Below are positions 37,236-49,839 of a stretch of 64,000 nucleotides of DNA, in pieces. The notes beneath the pieces were generated by a model that worked only from the letters and a program-made list of their open reading frames with translations, was not told the DNA's origin and made no database searches. Both the position numbers and the translations under genes were made by a program. How positions within the stretch are numbered: position 1 is the first letter of the stretch; each line of letters starts with the position of its first letter. Location: positions 30,256,001-30,320,000 of the forward strand of contig NC_042998.1 of assembly GCF_006345805.1 (NCBI RefSeq). Direction: 5' to 3'. The DNA comes from Octopus sinensis (lineage: Eukaryota).

Positions 37236-37895
37236 TCTGCTCTTATCCACTATGCTATATGCCTACGAGCATATGGCGTAGTGTAAATAATGTAAGTAAT
37301 GTACAAAAAGAAAAGATTACTTAAAAGCTCCTCGGGAACCGATATGGTGGCATGGTTTAGCAAATATAATGAAAGTGTATTCCAAATCATAAACAATGCC
37401 GTACCTGCATTACATGGATTTAGAAAGGCTCATAAACCCAACAAGGATTTTGTTGCAAGATCTCCAACTTTATGAATTTGCAGATCCCACATCTCAAGAG
37501 AAATGTTTTCAGCAAGATCTATGAGTGCATCCAATCTTACGACCTTACAGTAGTTTCTTTATTGCAGTCAATCGATCTTCGTTTTGCCATAAAGAAATGC
37601 GTAGAGATGGTTTGCAAAATTAATGGGGTTTTGGGGTTTTTTTTTTTTTTTTGCTATGTTGATATCTACAACCTAGGATTATTCCCAAATATGCCACACA
37701 GCAATGACTATTTATTTACATAAATAAGGTTTTAAGTGAATTTATTCTGCAGATATGAATGTGACTGTCCATTCGCTTTGTTATAGCGGCAAAATGAATT
37801 TCCGTTGACTATTGGAATGTAAGTAACAACCCTATCAACGAGATCACGATGGCACACAATATCAATGCTAACATAAGATCAATGAAAAGTCATAT

Positions 37896-37934
<39 letters not shown>

Positions 37935-38278
37935 TACAATATTAGGCTGTACTTTTATGAAAAGGAAGTAAACATCGCTAATAGTAACGCTGATATCGTG
38001 TAGTCAATGTCTTTATGGTAAAGTGCAACAGGATTTTTAACAACTGCTAACAGAAACAAAACATAAAATCTCTGCTATGATAATGTACTTCAGCTGCATA
38101 GACGACATAGCTATAGTGTTAAATGCAATCAATCAATATTTTGTACCATAGTTACAAAAGAGCACAATGAAAAGAATCCAGCAAATATCTAACCAGAGTA
38201 TTAGGATGGAGAATAGACCGTCTCTCCGCACACCCAAAAATAGAGTCCTCACAACAGACTAACTAAAAATCATAATAA

Positions 38279-38669
38279 TATATGTATACAGCTGAAATTG
38301 TCTGTGTATGGCATATTTGGTATCCTTCAACTAACACCATCTCCCCCGAGACCCTGCTGCGCAAGTTGACCAAAATTAAGAGTATGATAGAAAAAGGGTT
38401 GCTCTTTATTACGTAGCAGATAAAATTCAAATCGGACCATGTTAACACCAAAAATTATTTACATCAAAAAGGTGCTTTTTTTCTATGAAAATCCCTATTT
38501 TATTACGATTTTTTGACTGCTGTGTCGCCATTTTTCGATGTATTTCGACTAGAAAAATGTTCACTTAAAGAAAATAACAAGCTACATAATGCAAAATTTT
38601 TACTTTTCAAAAATTCCAATTCTAAAGGGTCGTAACAAACCCGAGCAACGCCGGGCGATACTGATAGTA
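38279..38669 (+). mobile_element. Short non-autonomous Helitron
   Basis: 5' part is the reverse complement of about 24570-24780; 3' hairpin CCCGAGCAACGCCGGG then degenerate ATAG|T. Confidence 0.75.
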
Positions 38670-39007
38670 AATAATAAAACACAAATCTTCTTTTCACATT
38701 ATCAGAAAGCCATGGTTCACCTTCACTGGGTCTTCTCTATAATCAGCAAGCATTCAAATAAGCAAATTGTTAACTAAGTTATTGCCAGGTTTGCAAGTGC
38801 ATCATGTTTGTCAACCATCTCAATTACAAAACAATTTACCAGATTTCACGAGTAAAATGATTCTGCAGATATAATTAGATCGTCAAATTTGGTGATACAA
38901 AGGTTCCGAGGAAACCTTTTCCGCCGTTAACAAAATTAATGGTATATGTCCCATGCAATGGGGAAAGTCCTGGGGCAGGTTAGAAGAAATGTGTAATTAG
39001 GTAAAGC

Positions 39008-39285
39008 ATAACACGGGTATATGCCCACGGGTATATGGCGTAGTGGTTAAGAGTGCGGGTTACTAACCCCAAGATCTCGAGTTCAATTCCAAATAGTGAC
39101 CGGAACAATAACAATAATAACAACAACAACAACGCTAATAATGATAATATCGAAAAATATCTTAGGAATAAGAACCCAGGTTCGAAATTTGCCCAAGACA
39201 CCTGATGAAGGCTGGAGGGTTTATCAGCCGAAACGTGTTAACAACAAACGAGATGAGGACAAATATCCGTCAAATGTAAATAATG
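39008..39285 (+). mobile_element. Solo tRNA-head / (AAT,AAC)n / HHR unit with 10-bp TSD
   Basis: TAGGTAAAGC at 38998-39007 and 39286-39295; A box TGGCGTAGTGG 39036-39046; B box GAGTTCAATTCC 39079-39090; HHR core 39197-39239. Confidence 0.85.
39197..39239 (+). ncRNA. Hammerhead ribozyme-like motif, probably inactive (3-nt deletion)
   Basis: GACAC-CTGATGA-A-GGCTG-loop-CAGCC-GAAAC-GTGTT; lacks the GTT triplet present in the 31141-31186 copy. Confidence 0.6.
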
Positions 39286-39599
39286 TAGGTAAAGCCTAAT
39301 TTTATTTCATATTTCAAAGAGTAGTGTTTGTTGATGCAACACTTGCTTACAAACTAGCTTACAGACTTAGGAATGCTTTAAATAATATAAACATTCAATT
39401 TCAGGTGTGCAGAAACCAGTGGAAGATAACCATTCATGAAAAAGCCCCTGCAATGACTGTAAAACAAAGCCACATGTAGATTCCAAAAACAGAAACGAAG
39501 TATACCGTGAAAGCAACGCTGACTGACGATATAAGAATGCAACTGTTATTTGCAAACGGCACAGAATATAGGAAGCCGCACTGATAAATATATCATGAT

Positions 39600-39815
39600 G
39601 ATCTTTTCTACTCTAGGCACAAGGCCCGAAATTTTTGGGGAGGGGGCCAGTCGATTAGATCGACCCCAGTACGCAACTGGTACTTAATTTATCGACCCCG
39701 AAAGGATGAAATGCAAAGTTGACCTCGAGGGAATTTGAACTCAGAACGTCAAGACAGACGAAATACTGCTAAGTATTTCGCCCGGCGTGCTAACGTTTCT
39801 GCCAGCTCACCGCCT
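39600..39815 (-). mobile_element. SINE family A, T2 copy
   Basis: Core and head clearly readable. Confidence 0.9.
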
Positions 39816-40129
39816 GTAGATTATGATGATCAGCCTCTCAATACATCCGTACGACTTTATGCGTAGACAATATACAGAAGCGAAAACAAATCCCGAAGGC
39901 AGAATCTACTAGACTAGAATGCCAAAAAAAAAACCAAGAAACAAAACAACTTAAACGAATTAACAAAAGTAATAAAGCAACATATTTCAATACACAATCT
40001 ATGATAGCAGATAGTACATACGTAAAAACAAAAGTCTAGTGAAGCTGGTATACATACTTATAAAGAGTGTACGAATGTATGCTAAGACATACTTCCACCC
40101 ACCACTGTGTGGACACAATTACGTGTATA

Positions 40130-40615
40130 TATGTGTATGGGGACATAAACACACCAGCATCGGTTGTCAAGTGATGGCAGGAAGAGAAACAGACACACAC
40201 TCATAAATATATACATACACACCTATTATTATAATCACGGTTTAAATCTATATAGAATTTTATCAAGTAGCTAGCATCTAAAAGCGAATTAAGGTAAAAA
40301 TTAATACAAAGTATATCATTTTATATATATATAGTTATAAAATTATAAGGACAACTTCTAGCATGTAGAATTACTTAGTAGTTGCCCTTATTATAATATT
40401 ATAATTATTTTTAACGTTATATACTTTGTACATACATACATGTGTGTGTGAGAGAGAGAGTGTGTGTGTGTGTGTAAGACGGACTTCTTCCAGTTTCCAT
40501 CTAACATATTCACTCAGAAGGCTTTGGTAGGTCCAAAGCTATAGTAGAAGACACCCACGAAGGTACCACGCTGAGGTACTGAACCTGAAACCATATGGTT
40601 GACAAGGAAGCTTCT
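40130..40615 (-). mobile_element. SINE family C remnant split by AT-rich foldback insert
   Basis: CACCAGCATCGGTTGTCAAG at about 40152 and head half at 40478-40615; insert at 40230-40430. Confidence 0.7.
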
Positions 40616-40884
40616 TTATTTCATGAAAATTACACTGAGAGGACAGTACAAAGTGGGGACAAAAAAATCGAATAGAATGAATGAAATTATTCAATAAAAG
40701 ATGAAATGAAGCCGTTCGGCCCGATTCCCGAGCGACTTCATCGAACCTGTAGCAACGCCATTTACATAACCGTTTGCGAAAAAAAACCTTAATTTAAAAT
40801 TCCATTAATCCCGCCTTTGTGATAGCTAGTTTTCTTTTTTAGACAAAATGTTTATCTTATACCTCTTTTTTTAAAATATCAATA

Positions 40885-41560
40885 GCACTTACCAGTTCTG
40901 CCATTGTCGTGGGATCTATCCTCTTGATCTACCACTCACAGTCGCAGTCTTCTTCATAATCCGTTGAAAGGCACCCAGGGTCTGCCATCACACAGTACAA
41001 ATGCCCGGGCAATCCCTTCACTCTTGCTAAATCCACCTTAATGATTCCATTCCACGAGTTTATCTCGTTTTCAAGTCTTTCATTTCCTCCGTCATATAGT
41101 ATTACATATTTTTCATTACGCCTCTTCTATCTGTACGGTAGACACGTTTCCAATTTTTCCAGCTGTCAGTATGAATACGTCCCATAAACTATTGTTCTCT
41201 CCGCTGTTTACTTTAAGACTTCTTCATGGTTGGTGGGGAACATTTCGTTCCTTCCTTTATACTTGTTTGCATATTCCAACCTTATTTCTTCGCACCTCTC
41301 CCCGTCGACGCAGCATAGCTTCTTTCTTCCGAAACCTTGTCTATCTTCTCCAAGCACTCCACCATTTCCTCCTCTGACGACATAGAGTCCGAGGAAGGGC
41401 AGCTTTCAATACTCGAAACAGAACAACTCAAAACCTTAAAACTTCTCGTTCGTCGTCCCTCCATCACAAAAGAGGAAAAACGTCGCACAGCCAAAAATCC
41501 ACAATCCAACAATGCAACTGAACAGTCTCAAACCGGAAGCAAGCTGCTTACCTCACAACC
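40885..41560 (-). mobile_element. Probable LINE 5' end / ORF1 remnant
   Basis: Minus frame MSSEEEMVECLEKIDKVSEERSYAASTGRGAKK*.. stays in one frame for about 500 nt with 5 stops; the SYAA motif is typical of ORF1 proteins; clade not assignable. Confidence 0.4.
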
Positions 41561-43159
41561 ACGCCTATGTATAGCTAGAAAGTGCTGTAGCTTTTGTTTT
41601 AGAACCATGGACGCTTAATGATATTTATTTATCACCGGGCGAAATACGTAGCCGTATGTTTAGCCCCCAGTGGGCAATAAAGAATCAGATATTTATTTCT
41701 CACTGGAGGGAGTATATTTTTGTGGATCCTACGTTAACGGATCATTAAACTATATGTATGTGTGTGTGTATAAATAATATTATTATTTCTAAATCTCTCG
41801 AAGAGAGACATTAAGTAACAGTTCTTTAAAGTAAAGGCTATTAACCAACATAATGTGGCTGTCCTGGGAGGGACGATATTACTGTTGTTTTAGCCCCAAG
41901 AAACATCGTTTCTAGCTGGCTATACGACACACTATCTGTGTCCTTATATTTTCCAATAATATATGTTTGTGTCTGTGTGTGTGTATTCGAAAATAATTCC
42001 ACTGGGTGAATTGAAATACAAGAAAGTTTGCGTCGGAAAAAAGTACATATGCACACACACTGTACGATATTTACATATACGACCGGTTTCACTTATGCTA
42101 ATCACGACTAAGTTGTTTGTGATAATATAATTTCGTAATTTGTTGACATGTCAGAAGCGATTTTTTTACGAATGAATCGGAAAAGAAATTAATTTTTGGT
42201 GACGTATACATTTACTGTGATTATTAGAAGCAGGGGAAGTAATTATCCTTTCCTCTTTTTTTTTTTGAAGAGTAAATTGATTATATACAGATTAGAAAGA
42301 TATACATACATGACCTAACATGTTTGCACTCACACACAAACACAGGCACACACACGTCTCAGTTTATGCGCATTTTCAAGTGGGTGTGTACAGGAGTATT
42401 GTTTGTATTTTAATGCAATCAAAGGATGTTGTTGCCTCGTTATATTTATTTATTGCATGTTTTATTCTTTTATAAAAGACTTGCTTTCCCTTGATCGTTT
42501 CTGCTTGATTGTGATTACAGTATTTAACGTTTTTGATTATTTCTTATTTCATCGAAATATTTATCTCAATGTCTCTTTCTCCCCTCCCCCACCTCTTTCT
42601 CTCTACTTGACTCTCTTCCTCTCTCTCCCAAATTCTTTTAGGTCATCCTCTGTCGAGCATTCATTTTTGCATCAAGCTTTATTTAATGCAGACTAAGTGG
42701 TATAAAAATTTTGCTTTCAAAATGTGAGTGGGAAGTTCTGAAGAAACATTAGCTGCGGCGACAGATGTATATAATTACAGATGAGGATGAACCATAATAT
42801 ACGAATATGAATATGCTGTTATGTGGATATACACACACACACACATACACATACACATTCACACACACAGAGGCACACATGTATGTCTATGTCCGCGCGC
42901 GTGTGTATGTGTGTGTAATATTTCCTGTGAAATGTATAATTTTAAGGTTGTTTCATGCTATTGACAATGTGCAATCGTGCCGAAATACTCGGGCCTTTGT
43001 CGACAAACTCTGCCCCTTCAACAATGTAACGTGGGGGAGATGTTCATTTGACAACAAGGAATTTGAAAATGAAATCTATCGAAAGGAGTGATGTACGCAG
43101 CATAGTTAATATATCATTTCTATATCTTCACGTATTATTTAATAACAATGCTTTGTGAC

Positions 43160-43480
43160 ATAGGTGAAGGCGTATAGCTTAGTGATTGAGGTATTCGGCC
43201 CACGAGCTTCAGTGTGATTACCCGGGGCTGCTTTCTGTTCTTGACCAAGAAATATATTTCATGTTGCTCCAATGAACTCAGTAAGCAAAAATGGGTTATT
43301 TTAGTTCAAATGACCAGCCCTGTCAAATTCTGTGTCACGCCAAATTCCCGTGAGAACAACGTTAAGATTACGCGTGTTTATAGAGTGTTCAGCCACTAGC
43401 ACATCAATTCCACAAGTAGGATGTTCTATTGATCAGATCAACTGGAACCTTATCGTCGTAGCCTAAGAAGGACGCCTTTC
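43160..43480 (+). mobile_element. tRNA-headed SINE family F, degenerate
   Basis: AGGCGTATAGCTTAGTGATT head; tail GATCAGATCAACTGGAACC.TCGTCGTAGCC shared with 59990-60175. Confidence 0.7.
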
Positions 43481-43639
43481 CTGGAATTAATTCAGTTTCA
43501 GTTCATAAACTATTCGGACTATAATAGTAATATTGAATGCAATGCTTCCCACAATCTATTCTTGAAACCAGGAACTTCTTGAAACATCAACGGGAATAAA
43601 TGAGAATGATCCATTTATCCGCGATCATTGCTGTTTCCG

Positions 43640-44176
43640 CTATCCTGTCATGCGCATCTATAATCTTTTGCTCGCTGTTCCCGGGGCTCCGACAATTATT
43701 GGTACTTCTACCTTTTTCATCGACAACAGCGGCTTAACTTCCCAAGCTAACCTGTCATATCTCTCGACTTTTCTTTCTTCCTTATCGCATATCTTGTTGT
43801 CAGCTGGGCATGCTATATCTATGATCCAGCATAGTTTGTTTTGTTTCTCAATTAAGACTATGTCCGCCTTCCTATTCTCTATCTCATGTTCGCACTGGAT
43901 CATAAAATCTCATTGGCTCTTTGCATTTCTATTCTCGACGATGCCTTCAGGTTTGTAGTCGTACCAATTTTTTACTCTGTCAAGACCATACTTGCTGCAG
44001 AGTGTCCAATGGACAATGCCGGCTATATAGTCATGACGTCTCTTATATTCCTTCTAGGCAAGTGGCGTACATTGGCTGGGAATATGCCATACGGTTTCAC
44101 CGTTTTGTCCACAGATTATGCACTTATCACTTTCTGATATATTGTCTATTCTGTATATTATGTAGTTTGTTCTTAG

Positions 44177-44178
<2 letters not shown>
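43640..44178 (-). mobile_element. R4/Dong-clade LINE fragment: CCHC zinc knuckle plus restriction-like endonuclease
   Basis: LRTNYI..CIICGQNGETVWHIPSQC..KRRHDY..WYDYKPEG..RKADIVLIEKQNKLCWIIDIACPAD..IVGAPG with two in-frame stops; abuts (TAA)n/(AAG)n. Confidence 0.9.
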
Positions 44179-44208
<30 letters not shown>

Positions 44209-44349
44209 CTCATTATTATTATTATCATTATTATTATTATTATTATTATTGTCGCCAGAGCTGGACGTGTATTTCGCAACTTGCTTATCTTAAAAAAGAT
44301 TGTTATTGTTATATTTTATTGCTATAACTTGTGACTAAATTAATCTAGA

Positions 44350-47300
44350 CCATATTCTTCTGATTAACAGTTTTATTTTTTTGCCTTGCGGGGCAAAAGT
44401 CACTCGAAACAAAAATTAATTTTCCTTTCAAAATTTTAAAAATATAATATGGCGGCGCCGTCTTTCTCGGCGAGTCGACAAGAGAAGGAACTGGGAGGAG
44501 ATGTAGAACGCGAAATTGTCTTCGACGTCCCTCGCCCCCACTCACTCTAGATGTACATGATAGTGGTAGTAGCAGGAGGAGTAGCAACAGCAATGACAAC
44601 AACAACAACAGCAACAACAACCGACGTTGAGGTGTCAGGAGTAATTAGAATTCGATTGGGGAAGCACAAAATATAAGCAGCGATAGCCAATTGTGCAAGG
44701 AAAATATCACCACCACCACTACGGCCACCACACAAATCAGTAAATATTTTAACAAAGAAAGAGAAGGTTCAAACAGAAGTAACGCTTCCTTCGCAAAAGT
44801 TACAAATATGTTAGAAATTATGTTAGAAATATGTCGTTAAAGGATAAAGAAGAACATTTAAAGGAAGCTGAGGGGATTATAAGACGGGAAGAAAGGCTAC
44901 ACTAAACGTGCCTCAAAACCTACGAGAGGCAACCGAAAATGAAACATCATGTACAGATATCTGTCCATGAAAAAAAGGAGACTGGAAAAAGTACCATCAT
45001 ACCAAACCGAGATCTCCCTGAAAAATATATGTGGTGATGTCAGCTTTGTCTGCTACGCTCCAAAGCTCGGCAACATCAAGATCATATTCCAGTCGGAATC
45101 ACTAGCAGAAAACCAATCAACCGTCCCATTAAAACGGGAGCAGTTCACTTTAACTCCTATCTATCTGGGACAGAGTCATCCGAATAAAAATAAATAACAT
45201 GCCGCCAGAAATTGATTTCTGGTTGGTAATGAAAGCCGTGGTGCTGGAAGATCCTAGGAGCCTCCTTGAAATCCAAAAATCCAAAGAGAAGAATTGGGTT
45301 GGAAGAGGGTTGGAACTTCTACTGCAAGTAAAACTAGAAACTGTAGAGAAAATTGCCGACCTAATAGAAATCCCTGGAGGCCAGCACCTGCAGGTAATTG
45401 TGGAAGGAAGAAGGCCGCGATATTACTTCTGTGGCGATTCAGGTCACATCAGAGTCAATTGCCCGAACGAAAGAAGGGAATAGGAGAAAATGAGCCGCAG
45501 CAACCATTAACACCGCTACAACCACAACAACATACACCACAACAAGGGCAGCAGCAGCAGCAGCCGTTCAAGAATTTGGACCTGGAGATCTCCATTTCCA
45601 GCGACTTCGAGGGCCACCTCCTAGTGGTGTCGGGCGTCAACGAAAAGCCCTCGACTACAACAAGACGACCAAAGTTTTTTTTCCATGGTCTGAGCCCTAG
45701 ACCATGCCCTAATCACCCTTACCCGTCTCGTTGATTAACAACAACAACAACAAAAGCAGCAGCAGCAGCAGCAACAGCAGAAACAGCAACAACACCGACA
45801 GAGATAATTGGACACAACAGCATCCACAAAAGACCACGACAGCACCGGCAGCAGCTGCAGCTACAACCACGACAGGAATGGAAACAACTGCACAACGTCA
45901 AGCAGAATGGGGACCAGCAGCAGTAGCAACAACAACAGCAGCAACAGGGAACTCCCAACCGAAAATGATGACAACAACATCAACAAGGCCAACAGCAAAA
46001 CAAATACTTGCAGAAGAAATACTCCTCCCCTATTCGGACAATGAAAACTATGGAAATAAAGAGGGACAGCCATGGCAAACAGTCACATGTAAAGGATGGA
46101 AAAACCGAAAGAGCACAAACGATAACCAGAAAAAAAACAGGCAAGTACGAGAAAATGGAGAAGAGAACGCACGGTAGGAACAGCACACCATGCATAAACC
46201 CACCTACACATACACAGAGGCAACGATAACATCATCCCAGCGACTACCACCACCACATCTACAACCATCACAAACACAGCATAGCCTGCATACACAACAG
46301 AAGGACGGTATTACATCAAATGATCATAAACCAGACATTATAAATCTCACGGCTATAAAAGTACAAAATATAACGAACTAATAGAACACATCCACAAACA
46401 CATGGATATTAATGAAACCAATTATTTCACACCAACCACAAATAACCCGGCACACATAAAAAAATATTCAAAGCTACTCAAAGCGACTATAAAATGTTGA
46501 AATCTATATATCTCCAGTTTGAAGCAGATTTTCAAAAGTACCTCACTATCAGACATTACAAGGGACTGCTGGGGAAAAAACCCACATCCAGTGAGAGGGA
46601 CAGAGTAGGCACCCCTAATCCCCTACAAAGCCTTGGAAAGTAGCTCTCTCTCTCCTACTTTCACATATTACCATGTTCTAATATGGTAATGCTTAGAGTG
46701 GACAGTATAAATGTACGCGGCCCGGGATCGTCATGGAAGCAAGGTCGCTTGCTCAATGATTTAAAGAGGCGAAAATTAGGCGTAATAGCTGCCAGTGAGA
46801 CCAAGATCTCGGACACGCACGACTTAGCGCCCATTTTCGATTATTATGAGATCTTTGCATCTCTTAGTCGACCAAGAATGGGGTGGGGTAAGGTGACGAT
46901 ATTTTTCAGCAAAGGCCTGGATCTCGAGATACGGTTGGTCTTCCTGGACTCCGAAGGTAGCCTGATGGTCCTGAACGTGAATGATAAGGAAGACAGATTT
47001 GTACGGAATTTACACATCCGTTTGCTGAACTGTACTAGGAGTTCGATGGTTCGAAGGCGGAGGTGAACTTCGCCGCCTACCTCGATGGATTGCCACAGCT
47101 TTCGACCACGGATTTGGAGTTCAGCGAAAGGCCAATAGCAACGGAAGAAATATGTGATGCACTGGACTGTTGCACAGGGAAGAAGCCTCTGGAATTGAAT
47201 GGTCTGCCCTTCGAACTTTATATTCATATGCCTGACTTGTTCGGTGAGATTTTGGTAGATGTCTACCGCAACTGGCAGCAGAACGAGAGAATCCCCAGAT

Positions 47301-47455
47301 CTGTGAGCTGAGGTGTGGTGACGCTACTGAGAAAGGATCCGAACAAGGAGGACAGAGTTCATAACTTTAGGCCTGTAACTCTGCTAAATGCAGATTACAA
47401 AATTTGGCCAAGATATTGGCAAGGAGACTGGAGCTTGTCGTGGCCTGACTACATC
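44350..47455 (+). mobile_element. L1/Tx1-type LINE relic with ORF1, ORF2 start and large internal deletion
   Basis: ATG 44449; zinc knuckle RPRYYFCGDSGHIRVNCP (first Cys mutated) at about 45415-45470; ORF2 MVMLRVDSINVRG..ASETKI at 46683; deletion near 46995; LLRKDPNK..NFRPVTLLNADYKI at about 47320-47400; 3' truncated at (ATT)n. Confidence 0.88.
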
Positions 47456-47466
47456 AAGGATATGAA

Positions 47467-47502
<36 letters not shown>

Positions 47503-47615
47503 AGTCATAAGACTGCAGTCATGATTAGTCACTACCTTAAGCAGTTTTAGTCGAATGAATTTATGTGTTTGTATGTGTGTGTATAATAAATATGTATGTA
47601 TATATACATATATAT

Positions 47616-47678
<63 letters not shown>

Positions 47679-48895
47679 TATATAGAATACAAACAGGTTT
47701 CAAAGAAAAAGTGTACACAAAGTTGCGAAAGGAAATAAGAAATTTCTAGGCAAATTTAACAAAGTGTACGGATTGAAGTGAAATTTACGGAGTTACTTCT
47801 GCCAGTAAATTGCGTATGAAAAGACTTTCGTCAGTAATTGTGAACTTCTTTTTGTCTGTAATTTGTCGTTGTTGTTTGTAAATAGTGATTGAAAACTTAC
47901 AGTGTAAGGAATAGCATCTGAAAATGAAAGTGAAAACAACAGATAATGAGTGCATTATAGAGAGAGAGGGAGAGAAAGAGCTAGGTAGTTAGACAAATAA
48001 GTTAGATATAGATAGCTAAGACATAAAAAAGTAGATACAGATAGATACATACATAGATATAGAGATAAAGATGGCTAGAGAGATATAGATAGAGAGAAAC
48101 AGAGAGAGATATGAATAAAGAGATATAGAGAGCTATAGATGTCACTGACGCTAGAAGTAAATATTTTAAAAACTTCCAAAGATGTGAATCTAATATAAAA
48201 AGCAATATTTTATATATTTTTTATTAGCAATAGATGTAAGGGAGACACGAAATTTCTGAAAGTTACTTCGCAAAGTGTGACCTGCCTTCTGCACGTATCC
48301 CCCAAAGGGGTGTTTTCTAATCCCCGGGAGCGCGTTACTCATTATGTGAAACATTTTAAGAGCCTGAAACCATTCCTGGAACATTATTCATGTATATTCC
48401 CAGATTGAAGAAAATCAGTTAAAAAATACGGCCTTTATAATCTTTTACGCATACACACACACAGACAGGACGGGATTTATATCACATATGTGTGTGAGTG
48501 TGTATGTGAGTTTGGAGGGGCATATTATTCGTGTGGTTACTGCGGTAGCTCTCAGTTATGTTCCAAATCATTGCCATCTGCATCGATTAGTATTTAACGT
48601 CTATGATTACAAGGTATTGGCACTAATGCTGTAAATTCCTGCGATCGGTAATTCCGTGTTCACTTCATTAGATTATAATATTATCTGGATTGTTTGTCAG
48701 TTTTATGGCATATCATACGACGCCATGCAATATATAGAACTGCTCATACTATGTGCAGCAAAAGCACGTCAGGTCGTCGTAGCCACAAAAATATGTCGTA
48801 TGACATTGTAAAATAAAAGGAAATATATCTTGAGGAGGTACCAGTCTCCATAGTCTTTATCGCTATAATTATTGCACACACACACACAAACACAC

Positions 48896-48969
<74 letters not shown>

Positions 48970-49053
48970 ACAATTGAGGGTAAAATTAATTAATCAATTT
49001 CACCAAGTGTTCAGTATGTAAAAGGACCATTTAAGGCGAATTCAAAATATTAC

Positions 49054-49413
49054 TTATATAATTAGGGCTTAGTAAAATAAATTACTTTGCCACATACTGA
49101 ACTAAGTAGAAATAGCAGCCCAAAAAAATTTTTTAGCCATTTCCACTACTTAAAGAAAATTTCTCTCAGATAATGTTTACTCCAGACAGCTCACGAAGGT
49201 TTAGAGGTAAATACAGAAAAATATCACATCTATGTACTTGTGATATTTTTCTGTATTTACCTCCAAACCTTCGTGAGCTGTCTGGAGTAAACATTATCTG
49301 AGAGAAATTTTCTTTAAGTAGTGGAAATGGCTAAAAAAAATTTTTTGGCTGCTATTTCTACTTAGTTCAGTATGTGGCAAAGTAATTTATTTTACTAAGC
49401 CCTAATTATATAA
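49054..49413. repeat. Near-perfect 175-bp-arm inverted repeat with 10-nt loop
   Basis: Arms 49054-49228 and 49239-49413; loop TCTATGTACT; only a few mismatches (one A/G and an A/T homopolymer junction). Confidence 0.97.
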
Positions 49414-49839
49414 TATATATATATATATATGTATATATATACAGGGTAAAAGTAAAAAGGAACAAAGAAAATGCCCACTAGGTATAAAAATAATGGCTGT
49501 TTTTAATAAAACTTAAGATATATACATACAAATAAGTGATTTGAGGTGAAAGGAAGAAGAATAAAAATCATTATCATCTGTCAATATAGGAAGTGATACC
49601 CGTTTCGTCATTGCTGTTCACTGACTTTGAATCAACACCGATTTCCAAACGGTGTTGGTCCTAATAGTTAAGTTCATAATTTACTGACAGAAGTAACTTC
49701 AAAAATTTTACTTAAGTCCATACCCTTAGTTAATCTCTCATTAACAACAGAACACACAAAACCGTTGCTTTTGCAACTGTTTTGTGTTTTTCTGTTGTTA
49801 ACGGCTTTTTTCTGTGTTTTTTTCTGTTGTTAACGGTTT

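Noticed and set aside
39023-39100. Apparent tRNA genes (also SINE heads at 58421, 31516, 18033)
   Set aside because: A/B boxes are present but there is no closed acceptor stem or canonical cloverleaf; each runs into a repeat body
39370-39570. Acceptor-like TTCAATTTCAG followed by protein-like sequence (similar cases at about 52420, 60672, 63126)
   Set aside because: All frames hit stops quickly, with no convincing donor or recognisable homology; such AG sites are common by chance in AT-rich DNA
48968-49110. CTGAAC..GAAA motifs near the long hairpin as ribozyme cores
   Set aside because: They do not fit CUGANGA and lack stem II pairing
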